Below, one piece after another: positions 28,709 through 39,219 of a DNA stretch of 64,000 bases; the first letter of the stretch is position 1; each line of letters starts with the position of its first letter. A program made the translations under genes and the position numbers. Location: IMG/VR virus record IMGVR_UViG_3300014720_000030, positions 1 to 64,000 of that record, one strand, 5' to 3'. Under the pieces are notes generated by a model. That model was not told the origin of the DNA and made no database searches. It saw only the letters and a program-made list of their open reading frames with translations. The stretch comes from a virus.

Positions 28709-30553
28709 TTATAAAATATTGTTTTCATCTAACATTGTACCTGTATCTAAATTTGCTATATCCGTTGGATTAGCTAATGATTCAGTTATTATATTAGCCG
28801 TTTTATGTGTACGTTGTTTTATATGTTTTAAAATTTCATGCGATTCTCGTTGATATGGTTTAATTGTATCTGCAGCTCGCGGATCGGGTTGAAATGTTGT
28901 TTTTTGATTTTCTGGGCGAAATTGTTGATTGATTGTTTTGTTGCCAATCGGATCCCATCCAAATTCATTTTTATGTTGACCAAATTTAATTCCTTCTTTT
29001 GGACGACCTCCTACATCTTTTTTCTCAACTTCATCTGATGACATATGCATCGATGCTAAATCGTGTGGAGTGCCAAATGATACGCCTGTTACAGCTGGAT
29101 CATTTCCTTCTTGTTCAATTTGATTTTGACGGAATCGCAATTTGAGATCTTCAACGACATCGGTACGTTGTTGCAACCATTGGTCTTCCGACATATTAAA
29201 TATGTATTCATAAATAAATTTATCTGATACTAATTTTGAATCTTTCATTGCTGTTGCTAACGTCATTTTTTCAGTCATTAACGCAACTTTTTGTTGATCA
29301 TAGATAATTGATGGAGCTGTTAATTCTAACTCAAATCCGACTAAATCTTCTCCTTCAAATCCTTGTGTATATAAATGTACAATTGCAATTTTGTATAATT
29401 CTGAAACAAGTATTTTTTGAATACGTTCGATGGTTCTTGCAAAACGCATATCCATTGCTGCTAAATTAGTTTTACCTTCTACTGCTTCTGCATATCCTAA
29501 AAATGCTTTAGGAATTTTTAAAGCTCCGACCATTTTGTCTTTAATATAGTTAATATCATCCATACCAGTAAATGTCATTCCTGGTAATGTATCAATCGAT
29601 GTAGTAGAATTGCCACCGCGAACTGGTAAATAATAATCTTCCAACATGTTGTTAAGATTAAATTTTAAATTGTAATTACCCGTGTGCGGATCAACGTGTG
29701 GAATTTTTTTCATTTTATTGATAATTTGTTCCATGAATGAATCAACTTCATTTGGCGGAATATTACCAATATCGATCTTAAAAATACGTTTTTCTGGTGC
29801 ACGCATGATACGATGTATTAACATTGCATCTTCCATCATCATTAATTTTTGAAATTCTTTACGTGCTCCTTCTAACATGGATCTACCATACGGCAAAAAG
29901 TTAGAATCTGATAACATTCGAAAATGTGCAATTTCGAAAACATCGTATGTTAAATGTTGATTTCCTACATGTTTAAATTGAATTTTATACTCACCCGTGG
30001 CTTCGTCATATTCTTCCCAACGTTCAATTTCATAACTAGAAAATGGTCTTACGTTAATAACGCCAATTTCATTTGCAATATCTAATTTTAAAAAGAAATC
30101 GCCATATTTGGTCATGTTACGAATCCATGTCCACAAATTAAATTCTATGTTTAAAATATCATAAAATAAATTATAAAGTATTTTTTGAATTCTAGTATTG
30201 TTAGTTTTAATAGTTAAAACATCTCCGAATTGATCTGCAAGTGTAGATTCATCCGAATAAATATCTAATGCAGCACTAATTATCGGATCGCGGTCCATCA
30301 TTTCGTAATCTGCATAAAGTTGCATACGATTTTGATGCATATAGTAATTTGAATCATATCCCCCCATACCACCAACTCGATGCTTATTAGCACCATGTAA
30401 TCGCGTATAACGGTCAGCAACTTTGGTTTGATTTAAATTTCCGCGGGCTTGCAATTGATTTGTATCTACAACTTTAAGTCGATCTTTACCATATGATCGC
30501 ACAACGACGTTAGTAGCAAAAAGGTTTTGTAAGCGTTTTCTTAATGTAGGCAT
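28709..30553 (-). CDS. portal protein (T4 gp20-like)
   Basis: MEDAMLIHRIMRAPEKRIFKIDIGN, MLEDYYLPVRGG, IDTLPG. Confidence 0.95.
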   Translation of the reverse strand: MPTLRKRLQNLFATNVVVRSYGKDRLKVVDTNQLQARGNLNQTKVADRYTRLHGANKHRVGGMGGYDSNYYMHQNRMQLYADYEMMDRDPIISAALDIYSDESTLADQFGDVLTIKTNNTRIQKILYNLFYDILNIEFNLWTWIRNMTKYGDFFLKLDIANEIGVINVRPFSSYEIERWEEYDEATGEYKIQFKHVGNQHLTYDVFEIAHFRMLSDSNFLPYGRSMLEGARKEFQKLMMMEDAMLIHRIMRAPEKRIFKIDIGNIPPNEVDSFMEQIINKMKKIPHVDPHTGNYNLKFNLNNMLEDYYLPVRGGNSTTSIDTLPGMTFTGMDDINYIKDKMVGALKIPKAFLGYAEAVEGKTNLAAMDMRFARTIERIQKILVSELYKIAIVHLYTQGFEGEDLVGFELELTAPSIIYDQQKVALMTEKMTLATAMKDSKLVSDKFIYEYIFNMSEDQWLQQRTDVVEDLKLRFRQNQIEQEGNDPAVTGVSFGTPHDLASMHMSSDEVEKKDVGGRPKEGIKFGQHKNEFGWDPIGNKTINQQFRPENQKTTFQPDPRAADTIKPYQRESHEILKHIKQRTHKTANIITESLANPTDIANLDTGTMLDENNIL

Positions 30554-30601
30554 ATTTTTAACTATTTTAATATAAATATAACTTGATTTAGAACTACACC
30601 G

Positions 30602-32179
30602 TTAACGTATCAACCATGTCAAATCTTCATCATTTCGGCCATTGTTCCATGTCCATCCATCTGTGTCGTTAGACGGCCGACCTGTATATATTTTTGTTTC
30701 AGATTTTTGAAACTGCGAAAGTGTGCGCTTATGAAGTTCTATTCCTTGTTGTCGCAATTTAAGCGATGTATCTCGTAACCATAATCCAATACAGAATGAC
30801 ATAACAAGGTCATCATTATAACCACTTTGTGATTGTGCTTTGCCATTTAACCAAATAAACACAAACAATTCTTGTATCAATCTTTTTGAACGAATTACAG
30901 GTGTTCGTTCTCGCATATACATTTCAAGTGCTGATATCATTAATGGCCGCGTACGCGAGGTTGTTGATACTCCAGGAACCATCTGTGATTTATCCTTCAT
31001 ATCATAACCTTTTTTAAGTTGCACATCTACATCAATATATCCATCATCTTTATATGTATAAAATAAATTTTCATAGCTTCGGTCTAATGCGGGTTGAATT
31101 GCTGCCCAACCAATATTGGCATTTTCTATTGCTAGCAATGCATTGTTCCATTCCGTTGCAACTGATACAAGCATATTACCAAAATCTTTAGGAGGCAATT
31201 TACCTTTATATTCTGCAACTTGCGCAACTGTTTCAACATCAATAACATGAAAAGTAGACCAGTCAGCACCGTCACCACGAGCAACGTCTGCTACTACTAT
31301 GTAATTTTTTTCATAGTTAGGATATTCCCAAATCCAATATGCATTATCAAATCCTCTACGTTCAATTGGCTCACTGCATTTATTTTCATAATCTAAAAGA
31401 ATAGAACCATCTATGACAGTGTGCCCGGATGAAATAAAGTCACAGTCACATTCTTGTGCTGCACTTCGTTCTCCTAGCAATTGAGTTTGTTCATCGCGCC
31501 ATTGTTGATCTCGATCCGGATGTACGGTCCAATGCAATTTAATTGTGTGAAATCCGTTGATGTTTGATTCAGCATCTGCCCAAGTTTGATGAAACCAATT
31601 ACCTACCCCATTGGGTGTAGATAATACAACCGCACCGCCACCTGTTGATAATGTTGCTTGCGATGCTACCCATATTTCTTCAATGTTTCGAATAAATGCA
31701 GCCTCATCAATAATTAACAACGACAATGCTTCTGAACGTGCACCGGTGGTTGCAGATGAAACTGCTTTAATTTGCGAGCCATTTTTAAACTTCAACGAAA
31801 GTTTGTTGTCTGCTTCAATAGTTCCCTTCAACCAACTTGGTAAATTGTCATGCATTACGCGCACTTTAGTTACCAAATTTTTTGCTACTTCTTGAGTTGT
31901 TGCAATAACAAGAACATTGAAATCTTCTTTAAATAACATGCTCCATAAAGCAAATCCGGCTGCTAATGTTGATATACCTAACTGACGTGATTTCAAAATT
32001 ACATTGTATCGATTATCTCGCAATTCGGTTAATGTATGTTCCTGAAAATTGTAAAGATTGAATTTGATCTTGCCGCGTTTTGGATGTTGAATATAACAAT
32101 ATTGCCGCATAAAAAAAACAGGATCTTTAGCACACATTGTGTACTGTTGTTGAATGATCTGTTTTATGTTTTGTGACAT
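30602..32179 (-). CDS. terminase large subunit (T4 gp17-like)
   Basis: KSRQLGIST Walker A, LIIDEAAF Walker B, STPNG, ADVARGDGADWS, NDDLVMS. Confidence 0.96.
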   Translation of the reverse strand: MSQNIKQIIQQQYTMCAKDPVFFMRQYCYIQHPKRGKIKFNLYNFQEHTLTELRDNRYNVILKSRQLGISTLAAGFALWSMLFKEDFNVLVIATTQEVAKNLVTKVRVMHDNLPSWLKGTIEADNKLSLKFKNGSQIKAVSSATTGARSEALSLLIIDEAAFIRNIEEIWVASQATLSTGGGAVVLSTPNGVGNWFHQTWADAESNINGFHTIKLHWTVHPDRDQQWRDEQTQLLGERSAAQECDCDFISSGHTVIDGSILLDYENKCSEPIERRGFDNAYWIWEYPNYEKNYIVVADVARGDGADWSTFHVIDVETVAQVAEYKGKLPPKDFGNMLVSVATEWNNALLAIENANIGWAAIQPALDRSYENLFYTYKDDGYIDVDVQLKKGYDMKDKSQMVPGVSTTSRTRPLMISALEMYMRERTPVIRSKRLIQELFVFIWLNGKAQSQSGYNDDLVMSFCIGLWLRDTSLKLRQQGIELHKRTLSQFQKSETKIYTGRPSNDTDGWTWNNGRNDEDLTWLIR

Positions 32180-32180
32180 A

Positions 32181-32561
32181 TTATTTTAATATTTCGTTAA
32201 TTAATATTCCAGAACCCAATGTTGTGAATATACCCGCAGCAAACCATAATCCTTTTGAATCATACCATTTTGGTTTAAGATATCGTTCTCTGCGTATGTA
32301 TAGATCTACGTTTTCTTGAAGCAATTTGATTTGTTGATTTTTATATACAAGCTGTATAGAATCTAGTTTAATCAATGCAGATTGTTGCGTTGTTAATGTT
32401 TTAAATGTTTCAATCATTGCATTGTTAATTGAATCTGCCGCATACAATGAATCTAATGTATACGAAATATCAACAATTTCTTGTTGAGTAAAACATGTAT
32501 CTGGTGTAGTTTGTGCAACAGCAAATACCGGAAATAATAATGCTACTAATAATCGTTTCAT
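32181..32561 (-). CDS. secreted/membrane coiled-coil protein (start revised to MKRLL), possible spanin-like partner
   Basis: Signal-peptide-like N-terminus, coiled coil, C-terminal hydrophobic helix. Confidence 0.5.
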   Translation of the reverse strand: MKRLLVALLFPVFAVAQTTPDTCFTQQEIVDISYTLDSLYAADSINNAMIETFKTLTTQQSALIKLDSIQLVYKNQQIKLLQENVDLYIRRERYLKPKWYDSKGLWFAAGIFTTLGSGILINEILK

Positions 32562-32562
32562 G

Positions 32563-32898
32563 TTATTTTTTTGTTTTTCGTCCACGACGTGTTTTATTTA
32601 AAATGTTTTGTTTTGCTTGATCAACCGGTAATTCTGCAGGTTGAATATTTTCTTTCGCATTTTGTAATGTTGCAATGTCTTGTTGAGTTTCTTGAATGTC
32701 TTGTTTAACTGCATTGCGTTGATCGTCAATTACTTCAGTTTTGCCTTGAAGTACATCTATTTGTTGATTGTTAGCATCAATTTTTTTATCAATTTTTGAT
32801 ACTTTCTTTTTGTCTATTTTATCTTTTGCAAATAAAATAGCAACAACTGCTAAAATTGCTCCTACAATAACAGCCCAATATTTTTTAATTGTTTTCAT
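32563..32898 (-). CDS. N-terminally anchored coiled-coil protein (i-spanin-like architecture)
   Basis: Single N-terminal TM helix followed by a coiled coil. Confidence 0.5.
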   Translation of the reverse strand: MKTIKKYWAVIVGAILAVVAILFAKDKIDKKKVSKIDKKIDANNQQIDVLQGKTEVIDDQRNAVKQDIQETQQDIATLQNAKENIQPAELPVDQAKQNILNKTRRGRKTKK

Positions 32899-33535
32899 CT
32901 TGTTTTTCTTTTCTGTCTAAATTAGCTAAAAATTTTATTTTAAATTGTTCAAATTGTTGTTGTATGGTATTTTCAAATTCTTCTACAGTCATTTTTGCCG
33001 ACCAATGTTCTACATGACCATCTGAATTTGATACGAATTGTTGTGTTTGTGTATATGTTTGTTTTAGTAATTCAACATCGCGTTCGGCATCTCGTAACCA
33101 AGCTAATGCATTTTCTCGAATTTTATGTTGTTCATATTCTTCGTACGTGCCTGCCTTTTTCATTTCGTGTTCCATTTCGATTACGCAGTCAAAACACATT
33201 CCATGAATTTTTCTCATTTTTTGATCTAAATGATGAGTGCCGATACAAGTACATACATTTTTTCTACAATTTGGAAATGAATGTAATTCGTCTCGCACGG
33301 ACTGAAATATTTCAGAATTTTTTGTTTTTCGAATTCGAAAACCATCTCGTTGTTCTACAATGTACGCGTTTCCGTGAGCATCAGTTTCTTCCCACACGTC
33401 TCCGATTTCGCGATGTTCAGATTGTTTTCCTTTGGATTCTGCATCAGAAAATCCAACTATTTTTTTGGTTTGAAACTTGTGAGTGCCATCCAACATTTGT
33501 TGAACAGCTTTGATGTTTTGTAACTTTTTTGACAT
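32885..33535 (-). CDS. hypothetical protein with Cys motifs
   Basis: 216 aa; GDVWEE...EQRDG; C..C.C and CFDC. Confidence 0.7.
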   Translation of the reverse strand: MSKKLQNIKAVQQMLDGTHKFQTKKIVGFSDAESKGKQSEHREIGDVWEETDAHGNAYIVEQRDGFRIRKTKNSEIFQSVRDELHSFPNCRKNVCTCIGTHHLDQKMRKIHGMCFDCVIEMEHEMKKAGTYEEYEQHKIRENALAWLRDAERDVELLKQTYTQTQQFVSNSDGHVEHWSAKMTVEEFENTIQQQFEQFKIKFLANLDRKEKQDENN

Positions 33536-33550
33536 ATAACTTTATTAATT

Positions 33551-34429
33551 TTAAGATTCTTCATCCTCTGATGGAGTTTCTATTGTTATGTTTTTAATTT
33601 GACGAATTGCTAATTTTTTAGCACGTGCTGCATCTTCTGGACTTAACTTTTTAATCATTGCAGATAATGGAGCAACTGCTGTTTGTGTTAATGTAGACGG
33701 GCCTTTTTCTTGTTTAGTTTTTAAAAATTCTAACCATTTTTTTACAATAATAATTTTTTCTGCTTCTTTTTGTTCAGGCGTTTTTTCAGCATCTGGTGTT
33801 GGTGCCGTTGTTGCATCTGGTGTTGGTGCCGTTGTTGCATCTGGTGTAGGTGCTGTTGTTGTAGCTGTTGTTGCATCTGGTGTTGGTGCTGTTGTTGCAT
33901 CCGGCGTTGGTGCCGTTGTTGCATCTGGTGTAGGTGCTGTTGTTGTAGCTGTTGGGTCTTCTTCCGGTGGTGGTGCCGTTGGGTCTTGTTGCTCTCGCAA
34001 TACTTTAGCAATTTTTTTACGTAAGTATTCTCTAACCAATTGTTCTCGTTGTTTTGGCGATAATCGTTTAATTCGTTCATCTAATTCCGATGTTGTTACA
34101 CCATGGTCGATTTTTTCGCGAGTATCAAAATATTCATCGGTATCTGTTTCTTGACGTTTACGTAAAACATTCATTGCATGTTTTGGATCGTAATCACCAT
34201 CTTCAATTTTTTTATATAGTCGATCTTTTTCGGTATATTTAGGAAACATTTTTCCATCATCTTGAATTGGTTTATCTGTTTTTCTAGCAACTTTTTCTTG
34301 ACGTTTTCCTGTAGAATACGGATTCAATGCTCCAGCCTTATCATCGTGCGTATAATCTTTAATATCTTTGCGACGAGTTGGTTTTGCATTTTCTGGTTTT
34401 TTATATTTGCTTTTGTGTCGTTCAGCCAT
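33551..34429 (-). CDS. hypothetical protein with Pro/Thr-rich tandem repeat linker
   Basis: 292 aa; late box at 34449-34457; internal VLREQ motif. Confidence 0.7.
   Translation of the reverse strand: MAERHKSKYKKPENAKPTRRKDIKDYTHDDKAGALNPYSTGKRQEKVARKTDKPIQDDGKMFPKYTEKDRLYKKIEDGDYDPKHAMNVLRKRQETDTDEYFDTREKIDHGVTTSELDERIKRLSPKQREQLVREYLRKKIAKVLREQQDPTAPPPEEDPTATTTAPTPDATTAPTPDATTAPTPDATTATTTAPTPDATTAPTPDATTAPTPDAEKTPEQKEAEKIIIVKKWLEFLKTKQEKGPSTLTQTAVAPLSAMIKKLSPEDAARAKKLAIRQIKNITIETPSEDEES
33790..33985 (-). repeat. 24/33-bp tandem repeat encoding (TTAPTPDA)n
   Basis: Six APTPDA units visible in both DNA and protein. Confidence 0.92.
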
Positions 34430-34458
34430 GATTAAATTCCAATTTTAATATAAATATA

Positions 34459-36462
34459 TCAACGTGCATATTTCAATACTCCTAGTATCTGATTAACAGG
34501 TGCGAATGCTCCGGTTAATTTGTATGTATTACCGCCATACGTAAAAACTACTCCTTCAGATGGAACAATTGCATCAAATCCTCCCAATCGTTCAATGCGT
34601 TTAAGTTCTAATTCTAATTTTGCAACTGTCTGCGGATTTGGATTATTTTGAAGTTCTTGAATAAGTTGTGCCAGCTCTTGTTTAATTTCTTGTACCGTTT
34701 TTGACGGATTAGCTGCTAAGAAATTTTCTGCATTTTTTAATGCCACTGCACCTAAACGTAAAAACAATGTTTCAAATGGTTCCATGTTTTGTTTGTAGTA
34801 ACGTTTAAATTCATTTTTATCAAATTCTTGCACCCAATTTAAAAATTCTGCATTATCTATTTGTTTTTTAAGTGTGGTCATGCTTTCTGATTTATCGAAA
34901 AATGCCCAACGATATATCAATGCATTTAATACAGTTTCCGGAATATCATATCCCATTTTATTTGCTTGTGTTTTAATAACATCTGACCACCAAGCTCGAT
35001 GATACTCAGTTAATCGATCAGTATCTTTAAGACCGTAACGATTTTGTAATTGTGCAACTTCATTAAAAAATGCTGCTTGTTGATCTTCAAAATCAGAAAT
35101 TTTACCTATCTTGATTCGCTGCGGAGGAATAAATGAAAATGTTTTTTGAAGATGTGCATTGGCATCTTGAATAATACCTTGCAAAGTGCCGCCGCCTGAT
35201 AGATCTGTTTCTACTTGATTACCTTGTTCATCATATTCTATTAAATTGTGAAATTGTAACACTGCAACTTCATATGAAATAACATTTTTTGTAGCCGGAT
35301 AAATAATTTCCATGTTTGCAAATACTCGACCATTCTTAAAAATTTGATTGAGTTTATCTTGCGGTACGCGACTAAATGCTTCAGCTAAATCTTCTGCCGC
35401 ATTTCCAAATGCATCTGATATTGGGCCACGACCTCCAAATTTATCTTGTATTTCTTGTACCGTCATTGGATTAATAACAGTACCTTTATTTCGTGCAAAT
35501 CCAATTTGTCCGTTTTTCCAAGTTACTTGAATGTTTTGCCCGTCGGTTTTTTCTGTTACTGCTTGTTCAATATCTAACCGGCCTTCTAATGCACGAGATA
35601 TAATTTCTTTGACATCGCTAAACGTTAAACCATGATCATCCCATGGATGTGCCATATGACCTGCAGCACCACCTTCGGTTAAAATTGCTCCGTATACTGT
35701 TTTTGGAAATTTATTAAAATCATATACAAAAGAACGTTCTTGATGTGAATCTAAGTATGATCTTAGTTTGTTTATTTTTTTGTTATGTAGATTACGTTCT
35801 GAAGTATTCATTACTGCTTCAATTACTTCATCTACATCTTCTTGCAATTGTTTAGTCCACCAAGTCGACGTAAATAATGCTTCTTGCAAACCGGTTACAA
35901 CTTGCCACGCATTTTTTACTAGAGCATCTTTGAATTGCGGATATGATGCACGAAATGTTTCATAATCTCGATCCGTAATAGCTTTGCGTACGACGGTTGC
36001 TGATATAGGTGTTCCATCAGCATATGTTTCTGGATCTACATCGATACTTAATTCGGTTGCATCAACGCCCATAGGTATTTTGCGTCCTTTTTTATCACCA
36101 ATGGTTGCATATTTGTCTACATTAGGAATAAATGCTTTTGCTCTAACATAATCATCGCCTTTTGTAGATGCAGCCATGGCATATCGTCCTTTTGCATCTG
36201 ATGATAATGCAAACAAATATTCGTACGCTGCCATTATCGGTGAATTGAATTCGGTAGGTTGAATTCGTATGTCCGGATTATCATTGAGCAGATTAAACAT
36301 TTCAATGCTTTGTTCTCGCGTAATTCCTTCTCTAGGTTGAGGTCCAATCAATAATATTACTTGGCCTACTTGTGGCGATTCGGCATATCGTTGTGCTAAT
36401 GCTAAATGTGCTCCTGTTAATGGTTTAAATCCACCTGGAAATAAAACTGTTATTTTATCCAT
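34459..36462 (-). CDS. fusion of a HIGH-family (cytidylyltransferase-like) nucleotidyltransferase and an ATP-dependent ligase-like domain (start revised to MDKITV)
   Basis: PGGFKPLTGAH and ISATVVR in the N-domain; EKTDG, NMEII, EGVVF, YKLTG in the C-domain; late box 36477-36485. Confidence 0.65.
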   Translation of the reverse strand: MDKITVLFPGGFKPLTGAHLALAQRYAESPQVGQVILLIGPQPREGITREQSIEMFNLLNDNPDIRIQPTEFNSPIMAAYEYLFALSSDAKGRYAMAASTKGDDYVRAKAFIPNVDKYATIGDKKGRKIPMGVDATELSIDVDPETYADGTPISATVVRKAITDRDYETFRASYPQFKDALVKNAWQVVTGLQEALFTSTWWTKQLQEDVDEVIEAVMNTSERNLHNKKINKLRSYLDSHQERSFVYDFNKFPKTVYGAILTEGGAAGHMAHPWDDHGLTFSDVKEIISRALEGRLDIEQAVTEKTDGQNIQVTWKNGQIGFARNKGTVINPMTVQEIQDKFGGRGPISDAFGNAAEDLAEAFSRVPQDKLNQIFKNGRVFANMEIIYPATKNVISYEVAVLQFHNLIEYDEQGNQVETDLSGGGTLQGIIQDANAHLQKTFSFIPPQRIKIGKISDFEDQQAAFFNEVAQLQNRYGLKDTDRLTEYHRAWWSDVIKTQANKMGYDIPETVLNALIYRWAFFDKSESMTTLKKQIDNAEFLNWVQEFDKNEFKRYYKQNMEPFETLFLRLGAVALKNAENFLAANPSKTVQEIKQELAQLIQELQNNPNPQTVAKLELELKRIERLGGFDAIVPSEGVVFTYGGNTYKLTGAFAPVNQILGVLKYAR

Positions 36463-36484
36463 TATGTTCCGTTTTATATAAATA

Positions 36485-39193
36485 TTATGACACTGGATTC
36501 GTCGGTGCAAGAACGCTACCGCCGACGGTTCTACTAGTTCTAAAAACAAAATTCTTTAATTTTAATGTACCTGTCAAGCTTGTTGCATTTGACACTTCAA
36601 TTTGAGTATGAATTAATACGTAATGTCCTTGTCGGTTTGTTATGCCATTAGCACTACCTTTAATTTCAATAGTATCTGCTCCAGATCTTTGACTTGATGT
36701 GGGTACGGTAACGATAGAAGCTTGTTGTAATAATTGAGCTTGATTATTAAATGTTCCGTATGATCCTAATCCAGTATTAGAACCAGTTATCGCACTCGCA
36801 ATGAATGATGATATTTGAAATGTTTTATTACCACCGACTGCATCAGTACGATCTGCGTAATATGTATATGATAATTGCATATTAGTTTCGCCAGGTAATA
36901 TAAATGTTTGAAATGATGGGCCTGCTACATGAGAGCCTGTAATTCCAGACGCAGTAGTAGGCAATGTAGACATATCATATGTATATTCAGATTGATCAAA
37001 ATAAACAATGCGACCTACATTCAAACCATCGACAAATTCATTATTTGAATCAAATAATACTTGTCCTCCTTGTATTGCAATAAAAGCTGATGCTGTTACG
37101 TTACCTTGTGCGGTTAAATGAAATCCGCTTGCAGATATTTCAATATTACCGTTAGCCCCACTAATAAACGTTGTTGCAGGATTTCCAAAAAAGAATTTAT
37201 CCGTCCGAACATCAATTTCTGAATCTGTAGTTGAATATCTAAAGTAGCTTGATGTATTTGCATAAAGTTCTAATCCAACGCCACTATATGCTCCACCCCC
37301 CTTGGTTCCAGCACTGCCTGGTAATGCTGAACCAGACCAAAGCAAGAAACCAGGAAATCCTGCTGCAAATCCTTCATATCCTAGCGATCTAACGAAACCC
37401 GAATTTGGATATCCACTGATTGCTACGCCACTATTTAATGAATCGGCTACATACAAAGATCCAGTAAGCATTGAATAATCGCCATCAATGTATCGGTTAC
37501 CGCCTTCCCAATCTTTATTGTAAACATATGATATTTGTTTGCTTCGCTCTCCCGTTACATTGTAAAATTCTGCTTTAAATGAAATTTGGTTGTCAATTTT
37601 ATGCGTAGTTTGTATAGGCGTTTTTATGCGAGCGTAATTAGGAGTATATCCTGCATCATTGTCTGTAGTTACTCGAATGTCTGCAACTTGCCAGACGCCT
37701 GACTCTGCTACTAAGAGCAACGTGCCTGTTCCGCGATACTCTGATTCAAAGTTTAAAACAACATCATCAAATCGCTGATTATCGCCCGTAGCACGTAACT
37801 CGCCAATGCGTTTACCAAATTTTACAGAAAATTCTTGATTGAAATAATCAGTGGGGTCTGCATAAAATGAACTACCAGATACGTATACTGATAATACTGG
37901 ATCCTCTGTTATGCGTGTTGCTAATGCATCAATCGTAACTTTATATGCAGAGTTTTCAATGAATACGCCATTAGTTGTTGTTTTTGCAACAAGTACAGAA
38001 TTTTTTGCAGACAAATCAATTGAACTAGAAATTTTCATTGCATTGTTCAATGAAGCCGTTGTATACACTAATGCAGGAGCTGTGGTTTGAACACCTTGCA
38101 AATAAGCTGATGCTGACCAATATGTATCGATCGTGTTTTGCGATGTAAATGACCCGACTGCTAAATCAGGAAACAATGATGCAGTGTTTGCAACAAAAAT
38201 TTCTGTTTCTTCTAATTCTACATCATTAACCAAATCCCATGTACCAACGGTACCGTTATTGTTTGTAAATACTTTGATTCTAGAAACATCACCGGTTGCT
38301 GGGTCTAATCCTTTAATTTGTATGTAAGCAAATGATTGAGAATTTTCAGTTGCAACATAGGTAGGTGTTGCTTCATATGTTAATGAAAATGTAGAATTTG
38401 CAAATGCTGAATATGTATGTGCAGATATACTTTGACTGCTATAAACTGTATATTCTGTATCTAACAATGCCGTTGTTGGAGATAGTATCTTTTTAATTGT
38501 TGATACATATGGCGTAGTTGCAACAGCATACGCCGGGGTAGGACTAGGCGTCGTTGGAGTAGAAACTGTTATAGTTCCGGTTTGCATATCCGCAGTAAAT
38601 TGTCCTCCGGTGATTTCAATCGCTGGTTGATTGTTATATGAATAATATCGTACTTGACCCGTTGTGTACACAGGAAACTGCGTACTACCTGAATATATTC
38701 TATTTAGTTGTACTCCTATTATTTCTTCAACTGTTATCTCAGGAACAGTTTCAAAAATTATTTCTGATACGTTTGATACATTTGGATTAACTGGCACAGT
38801 TCTTGACCATCGTACGTTAGGTTTTCCTTGCCATTCTGTAGGTACAGCCCGTTGATTAACAATACTAGCTTCTGCTAAAAGTGTTACGGTGCAATCTCCC
38901 GGAGATGTTTCTTCATAAATGTAAATTGCAATAACGCGCGATTTATCTTCATCAATATAATCCACAACTTCATGATAAATTGGATCGCCGTTATAATCTA
39001 ATATTTCAATGCCTAACGAACCACCTACTTTGAGATTAAATGGATTACCGCGAAGTTTAAATAGATTTTTACCTGCAGTTAGGCGCGTTGGAAATTCAGA
39101 TATTTGAAAATAGTCAGGAGATGTAAGTGAAGCATCTTCAAAATAAACTGGCGTAAATTGTAGTCCTTTATATACAGCTTCTTTGCGTTTCAT
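36485..39193 (-). CDS. large virion structural protein (start revised to MKRKEA)
   Basis: Beta/Ser/Thr-rich 902 aa; late box 39212-39220; many SGS/TAS motifs. Confidence 0.6.
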   Translation of the reverse strand: MKRKEAVYKGLQFTPVYFEDASLTSPDYFQISEFPTRLTAGKNLFKLRGNPFNLKVGGSLGIEILDYNGDPIYHEVVDYIDEDKSRVIAIYIYEETSPGDCTVTLLAEASIVNQRAVPTEWQGKPNVRWSRTVPVNPNVSNVSEIIFETVPEITVEEIIGVQLNRIYSGSTQFPVYTTGQVRYYSYNNQPAIEITGGQFTADMQTGTITVSTPTTPSPTPAYAVATTPYVSTIKKILSPTTALLDTEYTVYSSQSISAHTYSAFANSTFSLTYEATPTYVATENSQSFAYIQIKGLDPATGDVSRIKVFTNNNGTVGTWDLVNDVELEETEIFVANTASLFPDLAVGSFTSQNTIDTYWSASAYLQGVQTTAPALVYTTASLNNAMKISSSIDLSAKNSVLVAKTTTNGVFIENSAYKVTIDALATRITEDPVLSVYVSGSSFYADPTDYFNQEFSVKFGKRIGELRATGDNQRFDDVVLNFESEYRGTGTLLLVAESGVWQVADIRVTTDNDAGYTPNYARIKTPIQTTHKIDNQISFKAEFYNVTGERSKQISYVYNKDWEGGNRYIDGDYSMLTGSLYVADSLNSGVAISGYPNSGFVRSLGYEGFAAGFPGFLLWSGSALPGSAGTKGGGAYSGVGLELYANTSSYFRYSTTDSEIDVRTDKFFFGNPATTFISGANGNIEISASGFHLTAQGNVTASAFIAIQGGQVLFDSNNEFVDGLNVGRIVYFDQSEYTYDMSTLPTTASGITGSHVAGPSFQTFILPGETNMQLSYTYYADRTDAVGGNKTFQISSFIASAITGSNTGLGSYGTFNNQAQLLQQASIVTVPTSSQRSGADTIEIKGSANGITNRQGHYVLIHTQIEVSNATSLTGTLKLKNFVFRTSRTVGGSVLAPTNPVS

Positions 39194-39219
39194 TGTGCAA
39201 AATATCTTTAATATAAATA

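Noticed and set aside
33742-34080. Gln/His-rich (-) and Cys/Trp-rich (+) ORFs
   Set aside because: Alternative-frame readings of the TTAPTPDA tandem repeat
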